A stretch of 64,000 nucleotides of DNA from Candidatus Coatesbacteria bacterium (GCA_016927185.1 JAFGND010000055.1:7799-71798), one strand, 5' to 3'; shown: positions 29,311 to 42,437, counted from the first letter of the stretch. Notes: generated from the letters alone by a model not told the origin. Numbers and translations are program-made.

Positions 29311-30464
29311 TTCAAAGCTTCTACCTGGCTTGAAAAATCCCTGTTTATACTGAATGCTTTGCTAATTTCTGGTTCAAGAACTGGTTTTCCGTTTGTTATC
29401 TGAGCTGTTATCTCTTTTCCAAAACCGGGACCCAGCATGAAACCTTGTCCACACATTCCTGCCAGAATATAAAGACCTTCCCAGTTGCCTTCTCTTCCTG
29501 CTATTGGTATACCATCTGGGGTCATTGGATATAATCCTCTCCAGACTCTTCTTACTGGCATGTATGCAAGTGAAGGAATAACATCAATCAGTCTTCTTGC
29601 TATTACTGGAAGGAATTCAGATGTACAATCCCTGTCAATCCCTTGGATAGAAGGTTCGGGTGTATAACAAAAAATGATAGCCCCTTCATCATTCTGTCCA
29701 AAATAGAAATTACTGGTTTTTCCTTCAGGGCCTTCCCTCAAATCAACAATCAATGGTTTAAGAAAATGAGCAAGAGGGCATGAAATTCCAGCTTCATGAC
29801 TTTCCGGGAAAATGGGAATTTCTAATCCTATTGATTTCATGACTATAGAAGCATCTGCCCCTGCAGCGTTCACAACTGTTTCACAGAAATAATCACCTTT
29901 GTTGGTTCTCACTCCATTTATCTTATGCTCATTATGCAGTATTTCAACGACTTCTTCATTATAAAAGAACTTGACTCCTTTTCTTATTGCTTGTCTGGCA
30001 AATGAACTTGAGGCTTTCAAGGGAGAAACTTGCCCGTCTTTTATTGATAATGTCCCTCCAAGAAGATTTACTGGATTCAGGTAAGGGATATAGCTCAACA
30101 AATCTTTCTTGTCAAGCCACTCTATCTCCAAACCGAACTCTTTCTGGATTTTCAGCAGTTTTTTCAATAGTGATACTTCCTGTTCTCTATAAGCTATATA
30201 GCTATAACCTCCAGCTTTCCAGCCAATATCATCGCCATATACTTCTTTCCAAGTACTGAAAATCTCAAGACTTTTCAAACCAATTCCTATTTTAGCTGGA
30301 TCACTGTGAGTAGCTCTGACACCACCAATTGCAGCTTTGTTTTGTCCCTGACCGGTTGATGGATTTTTTTCTATAACTGCAACTTTCAAACCTGCTTCTG
30401 AAAGAAACAATGCAGTTGGTGTTCCTACGCTACCTGCACCAATAACTATTACATCTAAATTCAT
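29307..30464 (-). CDS. FAD-dependent amino-acid oxidase/dehydrogenase (SoxB/DadA/HcnC-like beta subunit)
   Basis: N-terminal dinucleotide fold DVIVIGAGSVGTPTAL, DAO-family length (385 aa). Start overlaps the upstream stop by 4 nt. Confidence 0.75.
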   Translation of the reverse strand: MNLDVIVIGAGSVGTPTALFLSEAGLKVAVIEKNPSTGQGQNKAAIGGVRATHSDPAKIGIGLKSLEIFSTWKEVYGDDIGWKAGGYSYIAYREQEVSLLKKLLKIQKEFGLEIEWLDKKDLLSYIPYLNPVNLLGGTLSIKDGQVSPLKASSSFARQAIRKGVKFFYNEEVVEILHNEHKINGVRTNKGDYFCETVVNAAGADASIVMKSIGLEIPIFPESHEAGISCPLAHFLKPLIVDLREGPEGKTSNFYFGQNDEGAIIFCYTPEPSIQGIDRDCTSEFLPVIARRLIDVIPSLAYMPVRRVWRGLYPMTPDGIPIAGREGNWEGLYILAGMCGQGFMLGPGFGKEITAQITNGKPVLEPEISKAFSINRDFSSQVEALK

Positions 30465-32539
30465 TTCTTGTCTCCAGCGAATGCCTTCAAGGGTACTTCT
30501 GCAACAAGAGGTCTTTTAGTAAAAGGAGTTACTAATGATGTATCAATACCTTCAGATTTAAAGATTTGCATTATTAGACTCTCGCAAGTCTTTCCGCCGC
30601 AAGCTCCCATACCTGTTCTCAGTATAGATTTAAGTTCATTCATGTCAGTAACACCAGATCTTATTGCCTCTCTAATTTCTCTTGCTGTAACTCTTTCACA
30701 TCTGCATACTATCATATCATCATCAACAAGTTCCACTATATTATCCAGTTGTCGGGAATCTTGCCTGATTCTGAAAGAAGCTGCCTTAAATCTTTCCTCA
30801 TAAGGAACTTCAATGCTTACAAGCAACCTTTTTTCCATAGATTGATGTTTTCTTATCTTCTTTATGACTCCTTTTCCAACAGGATTTCCCTCATAATCCA
30901 TTGTATCAACAATATCATCAATATTTATCATTGTTTCATCAAGCTCATATGGAACAAGAATCATTGATTTTTCTTTCTTTTCATCATAATCAAGAAATAC
31001 CAGATTTATTGCCAATCCAGGACAAATGGCAACGCATTTTCCACAACCAATACATTTTCCCTCGTATACAGGGAGATCCATTATGTTTCCGCTTCTTATA
31101 GTTATACAATTGAATGGACAAGCATCAATGCAAGGATTGCAGGGAATTTCCTGATAGCATCTTATTACCGGCATGACATTCTCTTTTTCTAATATCTTGA
31201 CATCAGAAATGGTTGTTTTTCCTGGCTTGCTTTTAAGGATTTCAGCAAGTTTATGCCACTCTTCAGGTATTTCTACATTTTTCCTTAATTCTTTTGCGAT
31301 TTTTCTTCCTGTCAGTTTACCTGAGAAGATTGCGGCACTAGCTTCTGCTATCTCTTCAGCATCTCCGGCTGAAAATACATTCATACCGAATTTCCTTGCC
31401 TGTTCATATAATTCATTGATTGGATTTAAGCCTATGGAGATAAGTATCGTATCTACTTCGAAGCTTTTCTCTGTTCCTTCTATCATCTTGAATTTCTCAT
31501 CAATTTCAGCTATAGTAATGCTTTCTATTTTTTCCTTCCCATTTGCAGATCTTACAGTATGCCTTGTCCAAATCGGAACTCCTAGTCTCCTCAATTTATC
31601 TTTATGAACTTTATACCCGCTTATTTCAGGTAATGCTTCAACCAGACCAACTACATCTATATTGGCCTGGAGGGCATGATAGCCAACAATCAAACCAACA
31701 TTCCCTCCACCTACTATGAACACCTTATCTGATGCTTTAATCATATCCCTGTTGACAAGTGTCTGAAAAGCTCCTGCACCATATACTCCAGGAAGGTCGC
31801 AGCCCGGAAAGGAGATTGCCTTCTCTCTTGCTCCACAAGTAATTAGAAGGATGTCAGGTTTGACAAGCATATATTTGTTCTCTTTCAACAAACCAACATA
31901 TCCATCCTTGAAAATTCCTATGGCAGTAGTGTTAGAGAATATCTTGAATTTACCTGTCTTCCTTAGTTCTTCAGCTAATTTCTCACCGATCCTGAAGCCT
32001 CTTGTTCCTGCAAAACAATCTTTTATGCTTCCGAAAAAGGCATGAGTTTGCAGAGTCAGTTTTCCGCCTAACTCCGGTTTGTCATCTACAATAATACCTT
32101 TGACTTTCAGCCTGGCAAGTTCCAATGCAGCATTCAATCCTGCAGGACCTGCTCCGACTATTAGTACCTGAGTCTTGATTTCATTTATCTTCTTAAATAC
32201 AGGATTTTTCTTAACTTGAGGTAAGGATGGTAGTTCCTCGCAAGATCTCACATCCATATCTTTTCTCACTAAAGTCATGCATGCTTTCAAGGGTTGATTG
32301 TTAACTAAAACAAGGCATTGGGAGCATTGTCCATTAGCGCAAAAAATTCCTTGTGGACTGCCATCCTTTGGGTGATGACCGAATATTTTTATTCCATTAG
32401 CAAATAAAGCAGAAGAAATGGTTTCTCCTTCCAGTGCGGACATTTCTTCTCCATTGAATTTGAATTTCACTTCCTTTCTTGGTGTAATATTAATGATTGG
32501 GTGTGATTGCAGCCTTTTTTTTTCCATTGAGGTTCCCAT
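30461..32539 (-). CDS. multidomain Fe-S flavoprotein: 2Fe-2S ferredoxin-like + FAD/NAD(P) pyridine-nucleotide-disulfide oxidoreductase + 2x[4Fe-4S] + BFD-like [2Fe-2S] (SoxA/HcnA-HcnB-like alpha subunit)
   Basis: N-terminal Cys cluster (CANGQCSQC...C), VLIVGAGPAGLNAA Rossmann motif, CxxCxxCxxxCP twice (CNPCIDACP, CIGCGKCVAICP) and C-terminal CRCERV...GACGGKTC. Confidence 0.7.
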   Translation of the reverse strand: MGTSMEKKRLQSHPIINITPRKEVKFKFNGEEMSALEGETISSALFANGIKIFGHHPKDGSPQGIFCANGQCSQCLVLVNNQPLKACMTLVRKDMDVRSCEELPSLPQVKKNPVFKKINEIKTQVLIVGAGPAGLNAALELARLKVKGIIVDDKPELGGKLTLQTHAFFGSIKDCFAGTRGFRIGEKLAEELRKTGKFKIFSNTTAIGIFKDGYVGLLKENKYMLVKPDILLITCGAREKAISFPGCDLPGVYGAGAFQTLVNRDMIKASDKVFIVGGGNVGLIVGYHALQANIDVVGLVEALPEISGYKVHKDKLRRLGVPIWTRHTVRSANGKEKIESITIAEIDEKFKMIEGTEKSFEVDTILISIGLNPINELYEQARKFGMNVFSAGDAEEIAEASAAIFSGKLTGRKIAKELRKNVEIPEEWHKLAEILKSKPGKTTISDVKILEKENVMPVIRCYQEIPCNPCIDACPFNCITIRSGNIMDLPVYEGKCIGCGKCVAICPGLAINLVFLDYDEKKEKSMILVPYELDETMINIDDIVDTMDYEGNPVGKGVIKKIRKHQSMEKRLLVSIEVPYEERFKAASFRIRQDSRQLDNIVELVDDDMIVCRCERVTAREIREAIRSGVTDMNELKSILRTGMGACGGKTCESLIMQIFKSEGIDTSLVTPFTKRPLVAEVPLKAFAGDKK

Positions 32540-32552
32540 CTTTAAATATTTC

Positions 32553-34277
32553 TTAGTCCCCTTGAAACATCAAAGCTTTTTCTGGACATACTTCAATGCA
32601 TATGCCACATCCCTTGCATTGTCGTTCTTTTATGACAGCCAGTTTTTTATCAAGTAGATAAATGGCATTATATGAACACTTTTCAATGCATAGACCGCAT
32701 CCATTGCATAGTTCCTTGCTTACAATCGGGATAGCTGGAATCAGCATTGTGACTGTATGATTAACAAATTCTGGAATAGTCCTGACTTTCTTCTTATCAT
32801 TTATATCTATGAATATTTTATAATGGCAATCATCAAAGCATACTGGACATTCGCTGCAGGGACCGCATCTCAAGCATCTCCTTGCTTCATGAACAGCCTG
32901 TGATTCAGTTAAAGGAGCTATTGTCTCTCCTTCGGGATTTTGTTCACAGTCTATAACAAGGCTTTCTAAATGAGGTCTGTATGCAGTTTTAGGATTATTA
33001 ATTGGTAATTCCCATGTGGGGGAATAAGTAGTTGATTTTGGCTGCTGCTTTTGTAAATCACTTATAACTGTTCTTGCCACTTTGTGTCCGGAAGCAATTG
33101 CCTCAATAATTGTTTTAGGACCTGATACAAAATCGCCGGCCATATATATGTCATTAATCGGAGATTTTAATGTTGCTGGATCTGCCTTAGGGAAAAGCAT
33201 TATTCCATAAGTAGGTAGATTCAATAGTCTTGCCTGACGTCCTGCAGGACCTATGAATCTGGTGTCTATAACAAAATCAAATAAATCTGTTAATATTTCT
33301 TTGCTCCATTTTCCTATGTCCCTGTTATTATCATCAGATTCAAATGAAATAGCCTTCCTATAAAATACTTTTGCACCACCTGCTGAATGCTCAATATTTC
33401 CAAGATTCATTCCATATTTAACCAGAAGACCTTCATGCTGAGCTTCTTCCAGATCCCTTTCCCTGAATGAAAGTTTTTCCTTATCAAAACTTGACCATAG
33501 CTGTACTTCTCTAGCTCTTCCCCTTAAGGCAATCCTTGCAAGTGTCAAGGTTAGTGATCCTGTTCCTATAAAGAGTACTCTCATTCCGGATAATTTCTCA
33601 GGTTCTTTCATTATTTTTTCCAGAAAGAAGTATGGTCCCCAGTAAACATCCTCCATTAATTGCCATTTTGAAGGGAATGAAAAATCATGTGCACTTCCCA
33701 AAGCAAGAATTATTGAGGCATAACCATCCTTCCTCAATTCATCTATTGAAATATTTGATCCAAGCTGGAGATTTCCCTTGAATTCAATTCCATAAGAAAG
33801 TATCCTGTTTATCTCCTTTTCAAGAACATTTTTAGGAAGCAGGAAGGATGGCAGCAGATACATTAATGTTCCACCAGCTTTTTCATGCTGATCTAATAAT
33901 GTAACATTGAAACCTGCTTTTCTTAAAATCCATGCAGCCGTAAGCCCTGCTGGACCAGCACCTACAATTGCAATTTTCTCATCATATATTATTGGTGTTG
34001 AATTATCACCTATTTCTTCTTCCAAAATAATATCTGATATAAACCTCTTCAAGTCTGCAATCATCAGCGGTTCATCATATTTGGCTCTCCTGCATTCTGC
34101 TTCACAAGGCCTGCTGCAAAGCCTCCCACAAGTTGCAGGGAAAGGATTATTCTCTCTAGCTATTTCGAGAGCTTCCTTGTATTTCCCGATTGAAATCAAA
34201 CCGATATAGCCTTGCACATTGGTTCCAATTGGGCAAGCCAATCTGCAAGGAGAAATCTTTCTTTCAACTAGTTTCAT
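32553..34277 (-). CDS. GltD-family NAD(P)H-dependent oxidoreductase with N-terminal Fe-S cysteines and C-terminal 2x[4Fe-4S] ferredoxin domain
   Basis: N-terminal CxxxC...CxxxC...C pattern typical of the glutamate-synthase small subunit, IAIVGAGPAGLTAA Rossmann motif, and C-terminal CNGCGLCIEKC / CKGCGICIEVCP. Confidence 0.7.
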   Translation of the reverse strand: MKLVERKISPCRLACPIGTNVQGYIGLISIGKYKEALEIARENNPFPATCGRLCSRPCEAECRRAKYDEPLMIADLKRFISDIILEEEIGDNSTPIIYDEKIAIVGAGPAGLTAAWILRKAGFNVTLLDQHEKAGGTLMYLLPSFLLPKNVLEKEINRILSYGIEFKGNLQLGSNISIDELRKDGYASIILALGSAHDFSFPSKWQLMEDVYWGPYFFLEKIMKEPEKLSGMRVLFIGTGSLTLTLARIALRGRAREVQLWSSFDKEKLSFRERDLEEAQHEGLLVKYGMNLGNIEHSAGGAKVFYRKAISFESDDNNRDIGKWSKEILTDLFDFVIDTRFIGPAGRQARLLNLPTYGIMLFPKADPATLKSPINDIYMAGDFVSGPKTIIEAIASGHKVARTVISDLQKQQPKSTTYSPTWELPINNPKTAYRPHLESLVIDCEQNPEGETIAPLTESQAVHEARRCLRCGPCSECPVCFDDCHYKIFIDINDKKKVRTIPEFVNHTVTMLIPAIPIVSKELCNGCGLCIEKCSYNAIYLLDKKLAVIKERQCKGCGICIEVCPEKALMFQGD

Positions 34278-34529
34278 GGTTATCCCTCAAGATTATTTTT
34301 TAACAGCCTTGATATTTTAGGGTTAACAGTGTCAAGACTTTTTATTACCTGTCAATTATTATTGATAATAGCAAATGAAGTAAGGGTTTGTATTATAATA
34401 TAATAGCTGTTTTATATTTTATCAAGGTTCGAGCTTGTTTATTATTCACAATAAAAAGATTTTTAGGAGACATGTACTAGAAAGTTGAAATGCTTGAAAA
34501 AATGGATTGCAGAAAATGATAGAAACTGA

Positions 34530-35726
34530 ATGAATGGAACAATGTCAATGAATGAACTCCTTAACTTGCTGAATGAAGATATTGATGTATATGAAGTGAA
34601 GAACTGGTTCGAAATATGCCAGCTAGCTCAGCAACACAATGTTCATATTCTGCTTTATAAATTAGTAAAGGATGCACTTCCTGAAGATCACTATTGCCCC
34701 AGGCTTTTTCAGTTGCAGGCAAAAAGATCTTTGGAAAGCAATCTTTTATTGATAAGTCTTTCAAAGACTGTTAATTCACTGTTTTTGAGAAATGGACTTA
34801 CTCCTGTCTTCCTGAAAGGTATGGATTTGTTATTGAAAGGTATTGCGAAAATAGATGAAAGACCTCTTGCAGATATTGATTTGCTTATTGCCCCAGAGAA
34901 TTGGTTAAATGCAATCGATGTATTGAAATCAAATGGATATGTCATTGACAAACACTATATAGATCAGTATCCACAAGAATTTATAAAGAAGTATGGTTCA
35001 AATTTACCTTTACAGTATAAAAATGCAGAAGTGGAGATTATCCGGGATCCGCTTACAATGAATGCTTTCAGGAAACTCACAAAATGGGATTTCAATACAT
35101 GGAAACCTAATCTTGTGAAAATCAATAATCAAGGTTCTGAATATACACTTCCTGGAGAAACAGAAAGCATCATATATATAATCAATCATATGCTGCTTGA
35201 TCATAATCAATTGAGACTTATATGGTTGAGAGATATTCACCTGAGTATAGAGATGAATAAATCTTTCTCTTTCGAAAATCTTGTAAAAACTGCAAACAAA
35301 TATAAATTCGCAAAGTTGGTTTATATTGCTTTGTTTTTTTCTAAGAAATATTTCAAAACTAGAATTGATGAAGAAATGTTGAAGAACTTGGAAATTAAGA
35401 TTGATAGCAGTTTTCTTGACTTCATACAGAAGATACTACTTAATAATGTAACTACTAACATGACAGATGTAAGGCACAGAAGCTACAAATATATGCTGAA
35501 TAACAGAAAGGATTTATTGCTATTTTCATTATATCATTTTTTTCCATGCTTTGATTATATGAAAAAAAGATACGGTATAAAGTCATATCAGGTTCCTGTA
35601 AGGTATTTAAAGAGAATATTCTCTGTCTTGAAAAGAAAAGAAACAGCTGAAAAAAAGACACTCAAGGAAAAAGGGAAAGTAACGGCAGTAATAACCAATC
35701 AAATAGAAGGCCATGCAAGCAAATAG
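34530..35726 (+). CDS. uncharacterised nucleotidyltransferase-fold protein (NTP_transf_5-like)
   Basis: GxDLL...ADIDLLI pattern is consistent with a pol-beta-type NTase active site; no other recognisable domain. The 3' end overlaps the next gene by 14 nt. Confidence 0.5.
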   Translation: MNGTMSMNELLNLLNEDIDVYEVKNWFEICQLAQQHNVHILLYKLVKDALPEDHYCPRLFQLQAKRSLESNLLLISLSKTVNSLFLRNGLTPVFLKGMDLLLKGIAKIDERPLADIDLLIAPENWLNAIDVLKSNGYVIDKHYIDQYPQEFIKKYGSNLPLQYKNAEVEIIRDPLTMNAFRKLTKWDFNTWKPNLVKINNQGSEYTLPGETESIIYIINHMLLDHNQLRLIWLRDIHLSIEMNKSFSFENLVKTANKYKFAKLVYIALFFSKKYFKTRIDEEMLKNLEIKIDSSFLDFIQKILLNNVTTNMTDVRHRSYKYMLNNRKDLLLFSLYHFFPCFDYMKKRYGIKSYQVPVRYLKRIFSVLKRKETAEKKTLKEKGKVTAVITNQIEGHASK

Positions 35727-38172
35727 AAAATATATTTCACTTATTAATATCTTTCTTGTTAGCCTGTCTCTTCTTGGATTGCAGGTTGCATTAACAAGAG
35801 TATTTTCAGTTCTATTCTGGTATCACTTTGCTTTCCTTGTCATCAGCCTTGCATTACTTGGATTCACTGGTGGAGGACTGATATTATATCTTTTCAGAGA
35901 AAAACTTCTGGACAAAGAGAATCTTATATTATGGCTTTCGAACTGCTTTTTCGGAATCTCTGTATTATTTCTTATTCCAGTATTAACCAGGATACCTTTG
36001 AGCACTGAATTAATAGACGATTTTTCATCGGTTCATTTCACTTTCATTGCATTCATCTTGATAACACTGATTCCATTTATTTTTGCAGGATTTACAATTT
36101 CATTTATTCTTGATAGAAATCAAACTAATATTAACTTATTCTATTTTGCCAATTTACTTGGTTCAGGAATAGGATGCTGGTTAATAATATGGATTCTTGA
36201 TTATCTTGGAGGTGGTCCTTCAGGTGTAATAATCTCCGGAATAATTGCCCTAATAGCATCATTTATTCAGTCAATAAATCTCAAAAAGAAGTATGTATTA
36301 ATAAGCGTTTTTATACTATTGTTTTCTGTAATAGCATTTCTCAATCAGAATAGGCTATTCTGGATAGATAATTATAAGTTTTATCCCAAAATATCGAAAA
36401 GCGAGATTATTTTAAGGCGCTGGAATTCATTGAATTGTGTTGATGTCTTCAAGAACCCCATGCACTTCGGACTTTGGGCAATTTCAAAAAAATACAATGG
36501 ACCTAAACCTGAACAGCTGGGTGTTGTTATTGATTCCTGGGCAGCTACCAGTATATTCAAGGTGCAGCGAGAAGATAAACAACCATCCTTTAACGAGATA
36601 GAGTGTTACAAGCATGAGATATTTGATTACCTGCCTGCAAGTTTTGTTTATACAATGATAAGGCCCGAAAATGCCTTGATAATAGGAGTTGGTGGGGGAG
36701 TGGATGTCCTTGCTGCCTTGAATTATGAAGTGAAAGATATTACTGCAGTAGATATTAATCCTTTGATTATAGAAGCTGTAAAGGATGATTTCAGGGAATA
36801 TAGTGGATATATTTATCACCATCCCAGAGTAAAAGTCTTTGTTGCAGAAGGAAGACACTTTCTTCAAATGCAGGGCAACAAGAAGTATGATCTTCTGCAG
36901 TTAAGTGGAGTTGATACTTATACGGCAAGTCAGGCAGGTGCTTTTGCGTTGTCAGAGAACTATATATATACAAAGGAAGCTTTTCAGCTATATCTGGATC
37001 ATCTTGAACCTGATGGTATTCTTACAATGACAAGATGGCTTTTTCAGCCTCCAAGACATACATTGAGGATTTGTGTCATTGCCTATGAAGCAATGAAGAG
37101 TAGGGGAATAGAGAAACCAGAAAACAATATTGTTATAATTGCATCAGGAATTTTTTCAGTTATAGTAATAAGGAAAAAGCCTTTTACTGAAGAGGATTCT
37201 TTTCAGATAGCCTTGTCTTGCTTCGAGAAAAGATTCACTCCAATATATTTACCTCATGCAGCAAAATACAGAAAGCCTTTAATGGAAAGTTCAAGCGAAC
37301 ACAATTTAAAAGAGGTTTTGGATAATCCCATGAATAGCGTATTCAAGTCTTCCAAATATAATATTAATGCTTTTTATGACTTCTTTGAAGCAGAAAACAA
37401 AGAGGAATTCATAAAAAACTATCCTTTTAATATTACTCTCTGCACTGATAATAATCCCTTCTTTTTCGAACATGAGAAATGGAGTAATCTCCTGAAAGAG
37501 AAGCATATTTTCTTCAAGAAAGCTTCAGGGCAGATGCTCTTGATGATTACTATAATAAGTGTATTATTGATAGGTGGGGTTTTTCTCTTGATTCCCTTCT
37601 TCATGAAAAGGCTGAATTTAAGCATACCATTCCAGCTATATTTCGCTGGCCTTGGATTAAGCTATATTTTGATAGAAACTGTTCTTATACAACGATTTAT
37701 ATTGTTTCTAGGGCATCCAGTTTATGCATTAAGTGTAATAATTGCAGTGCTGCTTTCTTCATCAGGATTGGGAAGTTATTTTTCGGATAAAATAAGATGG
37801 GATTTATCAAGGAAAATATCAATAGCAATATTATCTATAGTACTGCTTTGCATGCTTCTGGTTTTTTTCCTGAGTAGTGTTTTTAGCTACTTCCTTTATT
37901 CTCCCTTGTGGGTAAGGATATTGATTTCTGTTGCCATACTTCTTCCATTGGGTTTCTGTATGGGTATTCCATTTCCATCAGGAATAAGCAGGATAAGCAA
38001 AATAAGCGAAAGTCTCCTTCCTCATGCATGGCTATTGAATGCTTATGCTTCAGTTCTTGGGAGCGGTGTTTGCTTGATTATTGCAATGTCTCTTGGATTC
38101 AATGCTGTAATAGTAATTTCAGCAATTATATATCTTATCAGCTTGTTTTCCATAAGACGAGTCATTCAATAG
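35713..38172 (+). CDS. polytopic membrane protein with embedded spermidine-synthase-like (aminopropyltransferase/SAM-MTase fold) domain
   Basis: About 8 N-terminal TM helices, a central IIGVGGGVDVLAAL...DLLQLSGVD spermidine-synthase-like block, and further C-terminal TM helices; 819 aa. Confidence 0.7.
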   Translation: MQANRKYISLINIFLVSLSLLGLQVALTRVFSVLFWYHFAFLVISLALLGFTGGGLILYLFREKLLDKENLILWLSNCFFGISVLFLIPVLTRIPLSTELIDDFSSVHFTFIAFILITLIPFIFAGFTISFILDRNQTNINLFYFANLLGSGIGCWLIIWILDYLGGGPSGVIISGIIALIASFIQSINLKKKYVLISVFILLFSVIAFLNQNRLFWIDNYKFYPKISKSEIILRRWNSLNCVDVFKNPMHFGLWAISKKYNGPKPEQLGVVIDSWAATSIFKVQREDKQPSFNEIECYKHEIFDYLPASFVYTMIRPENALIIGVGGGVDVLAALNYEVKDITAVDINPLIIEAVKDDFREYSGYIYHHPRVKVFVAEGRHFLQMQGNKKYDLLQLSGVDTYTASQAGAFALSENYIYTKEAFQLYLDHLEPDGILTMTRWLFQPPRHTLRICVIAYEAMKSRGIEKPENNIVIIASGIFSVIVIRKKPFTEEDSFQIALSCFEKRFTPIYLPHAAKYRKPLMESSSEHNLKEVLDNPMNSVFKSSKYNINAFYDFFEAENKEEFIKNYPFNITLCTDNNPFFFEHEKWSNLLKEKHIFFKKASGQMLLMITIISVLLIGGVFLLIPFFMKRLNLSIPFQLYFAGLGLSYILIETVLIQRFILFLGHPVYALSVIIAVLLSSSGLGSYFSDKIRWDLSRKISIAILSIVLLCMLLVFFLSSVFSYFLYSPLWVRILISVAILLPLGFCMGIPFPSGISRISKISESLLPHAWLLNAYASVLGSGVCLIIAMSLGFNAVIVISAIIYLISLFSIRRVIQ

Positions 38173-38198
38173 ATTAGCTTTGTAGAACTTGCGATTTA

Positions 38199-38654
38199 TT
38201 ATTCTTTAATATCAGGTTTCTTATCAAGTATTATTGTTACAGGACCATCATTAACAAGATGTACATTCATGTAGGCTCCAAAAACACCAGTCTTCACCTT
38301 CTTGTTACTATTTTTCAGTTTGTCAATAAAATAATCTACTAGCTGTTCACCTCTCTCTGGTTCTTCAGCTTTACTCCAGGATGGTCTTCTTCCTTTCTTT
38401 ATTTCAGCGCAGAGCGTAAATTGAGAAACAACAAGAATTTCTCCTTCTGCTTCATCTATATCAAGATTCATCTTGCCTTCATTATCCTCAAATATTCTCA
38501 ATTCACAACACTTCTTAGCCATCCAGTCAGCTTGTTCTTCAGTATCTCCCTTCTCTATGCCCAGAAGAACAAGCATTCCATGATTGATTTTGCTTATAAG
38601 CTTACCCTTAATGCTGACTGAAGCTTCGGACACTCTCTGAAGAACTATTCTCAT
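38199..38654 (-). CDS. dtd: D-aminoacyl-tRNA deacylase
   Basis: MRIVLQRV N-terminus, SQFTL motif and NDGPVT near the C-terminus; 151 aa. Confidence 0.9.
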   Translation of the reverse strand: MRIVLQRVSEASVSIKGKLISKINHGMLVLLGIEKGDTEEQADWMAKKCCELRIFEDNEGKMNLDIDEAEGEILVVSQFTLCAEIKKGRRPSWSKAEEPERGEQLVDYFIDKLKNSNKKVKTGVFGAYMNVHLVNDGPVTIILDKKPDIKE

Positions 38655-38660
38655 CTCTTC

Positions 38661-41308
<2,648 letters not shown>

Positions 41309-41316
<8 letters not shown>

Positions 41317-41746
41317 TTTTTTCTTCCCTTTTCTCTGAAGCTTCTTCAATAAGCTTCTCAATATCCCAGCCATTTATGAATAAACCCGTAATTGTTGCTT
41401 CCTCAATCTTTACATCTGTAAGATCTGCATCATTAATACTTGTATTGCTCAGATTTATATTTTTTATGTTTGCATTACTTAGGTTGACGTCGTTGATTTC
41501 TGCATCACCTAAATCAGTGTCGATTATTGTAATATAATGTGCATTTACATTTTTTATTTCACTATTCTCCATATTGACATCATGAAACCTGGACTTGAAG
41601 AGATTTGTAGATCTCAATTTAGCTCCCTTCAAATTAGTATCTTCAATTTTTATCTCAACAAGATTTGAATTTTTGAAAATAGCTCCAACCATCCTGAGAC
41701 CGTTTATTTCCAGTTTTTCCATCTCCAACTCCTGTATTTTATTCAA
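41309..41746 (-). CDS. pentapeptide-repeat protein
   Basis: Consecutive A(D/N)LxX pentads (ANIKNINLSNTSINDADLTDVKIE...). Confidence 0.8.
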
Positions 41747-41912
41747 ATGATTGAATTATTCTTTGCTATTTGTTTGTCAAGCCCTGCTTTTTATTAATCA
41801 TTAAAATAAAACCTGTTTTGAAATCAATTAAATAAATGAAGATACTTATCTAAATTTAAGGACTTGACAAAATGCATATGCAAAGAGATATCAAGCAAAA
41901 TGGAGGTTAAAA

Positions 41913-42437
41913 ATGCTAAGAAATCAAATTTTGTTCTTTTCGTTAATTTCATTCTTGTTTTCAGCATGTTCTTGTTCAAAGAATCCGAAGCAGAAATCTG
42001 CAGTAACTATAAAGCAGTTTGCATTAGATGATTTGAGTGAAGTAATAACAAAAGATAATGTTGAAATTGACAAGAACGATTCTTTCGATAAAAAAGGCTC
42101 ACTTAAAATAAGTACTGACAAAGACATAGTGATAAAACTTTTCGATATTGATGAGAATGTAGAAGATGCAAAGATTGTATTCTCTGCAAAAATGAAATCA
42201 AAGGATCTTGAAGGGAATAGTTATCTTGAAATGTGGGTAATGACACCAGACAAGAAGGAATTCTTTTCCCGAGGTCTGGATAATGCTATAAAAGGAAACA
42301 ATAACTGGGGAGAATATGCAATACCTTTTTTCTTGAAAAAGGGGGAGAAAATCACTCATATACGGCTTAATCTTGTAATCAAGGGAAAAGGTACTGTCTG
42401 GATTGATGATGTGAAAGTGGAGAAAGTGCGAAACTAA
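41913..42437 (+). CDS. hypothetical lipoprotein
   Basis: Signal peptide with lipobox-like LFSAC; GGAGG SD 8 nt upstream of the ATG. Confidence 0.5.
   Translation: MLRNQILFFSLISFLFSACSCSKNPKQKSAVTIKQFALDDLSEVITKDNVEIDKNDSFDKKGSLKISTDKDIVIKLFDIDENVEDAKIVFSAKMKSKDLEGNSYLEMWVMTPDKKEFFSRGLDNAIKGNNNWGEYAIPFFLKKGEKITHIRLNLVIKGKGTVWIDDVKVEKVRN

Noticed and set aside
34278-34529. Glycine riboswitch upstream of the SoxA/SoxB-like operon
   Set aside because: Reading the leader on the coding strand, I found none of the conserved glycine-aptamer blocks (GGAGAG...ACCGAAGGGGCAA-like). Only AT-rich palindromes are present.
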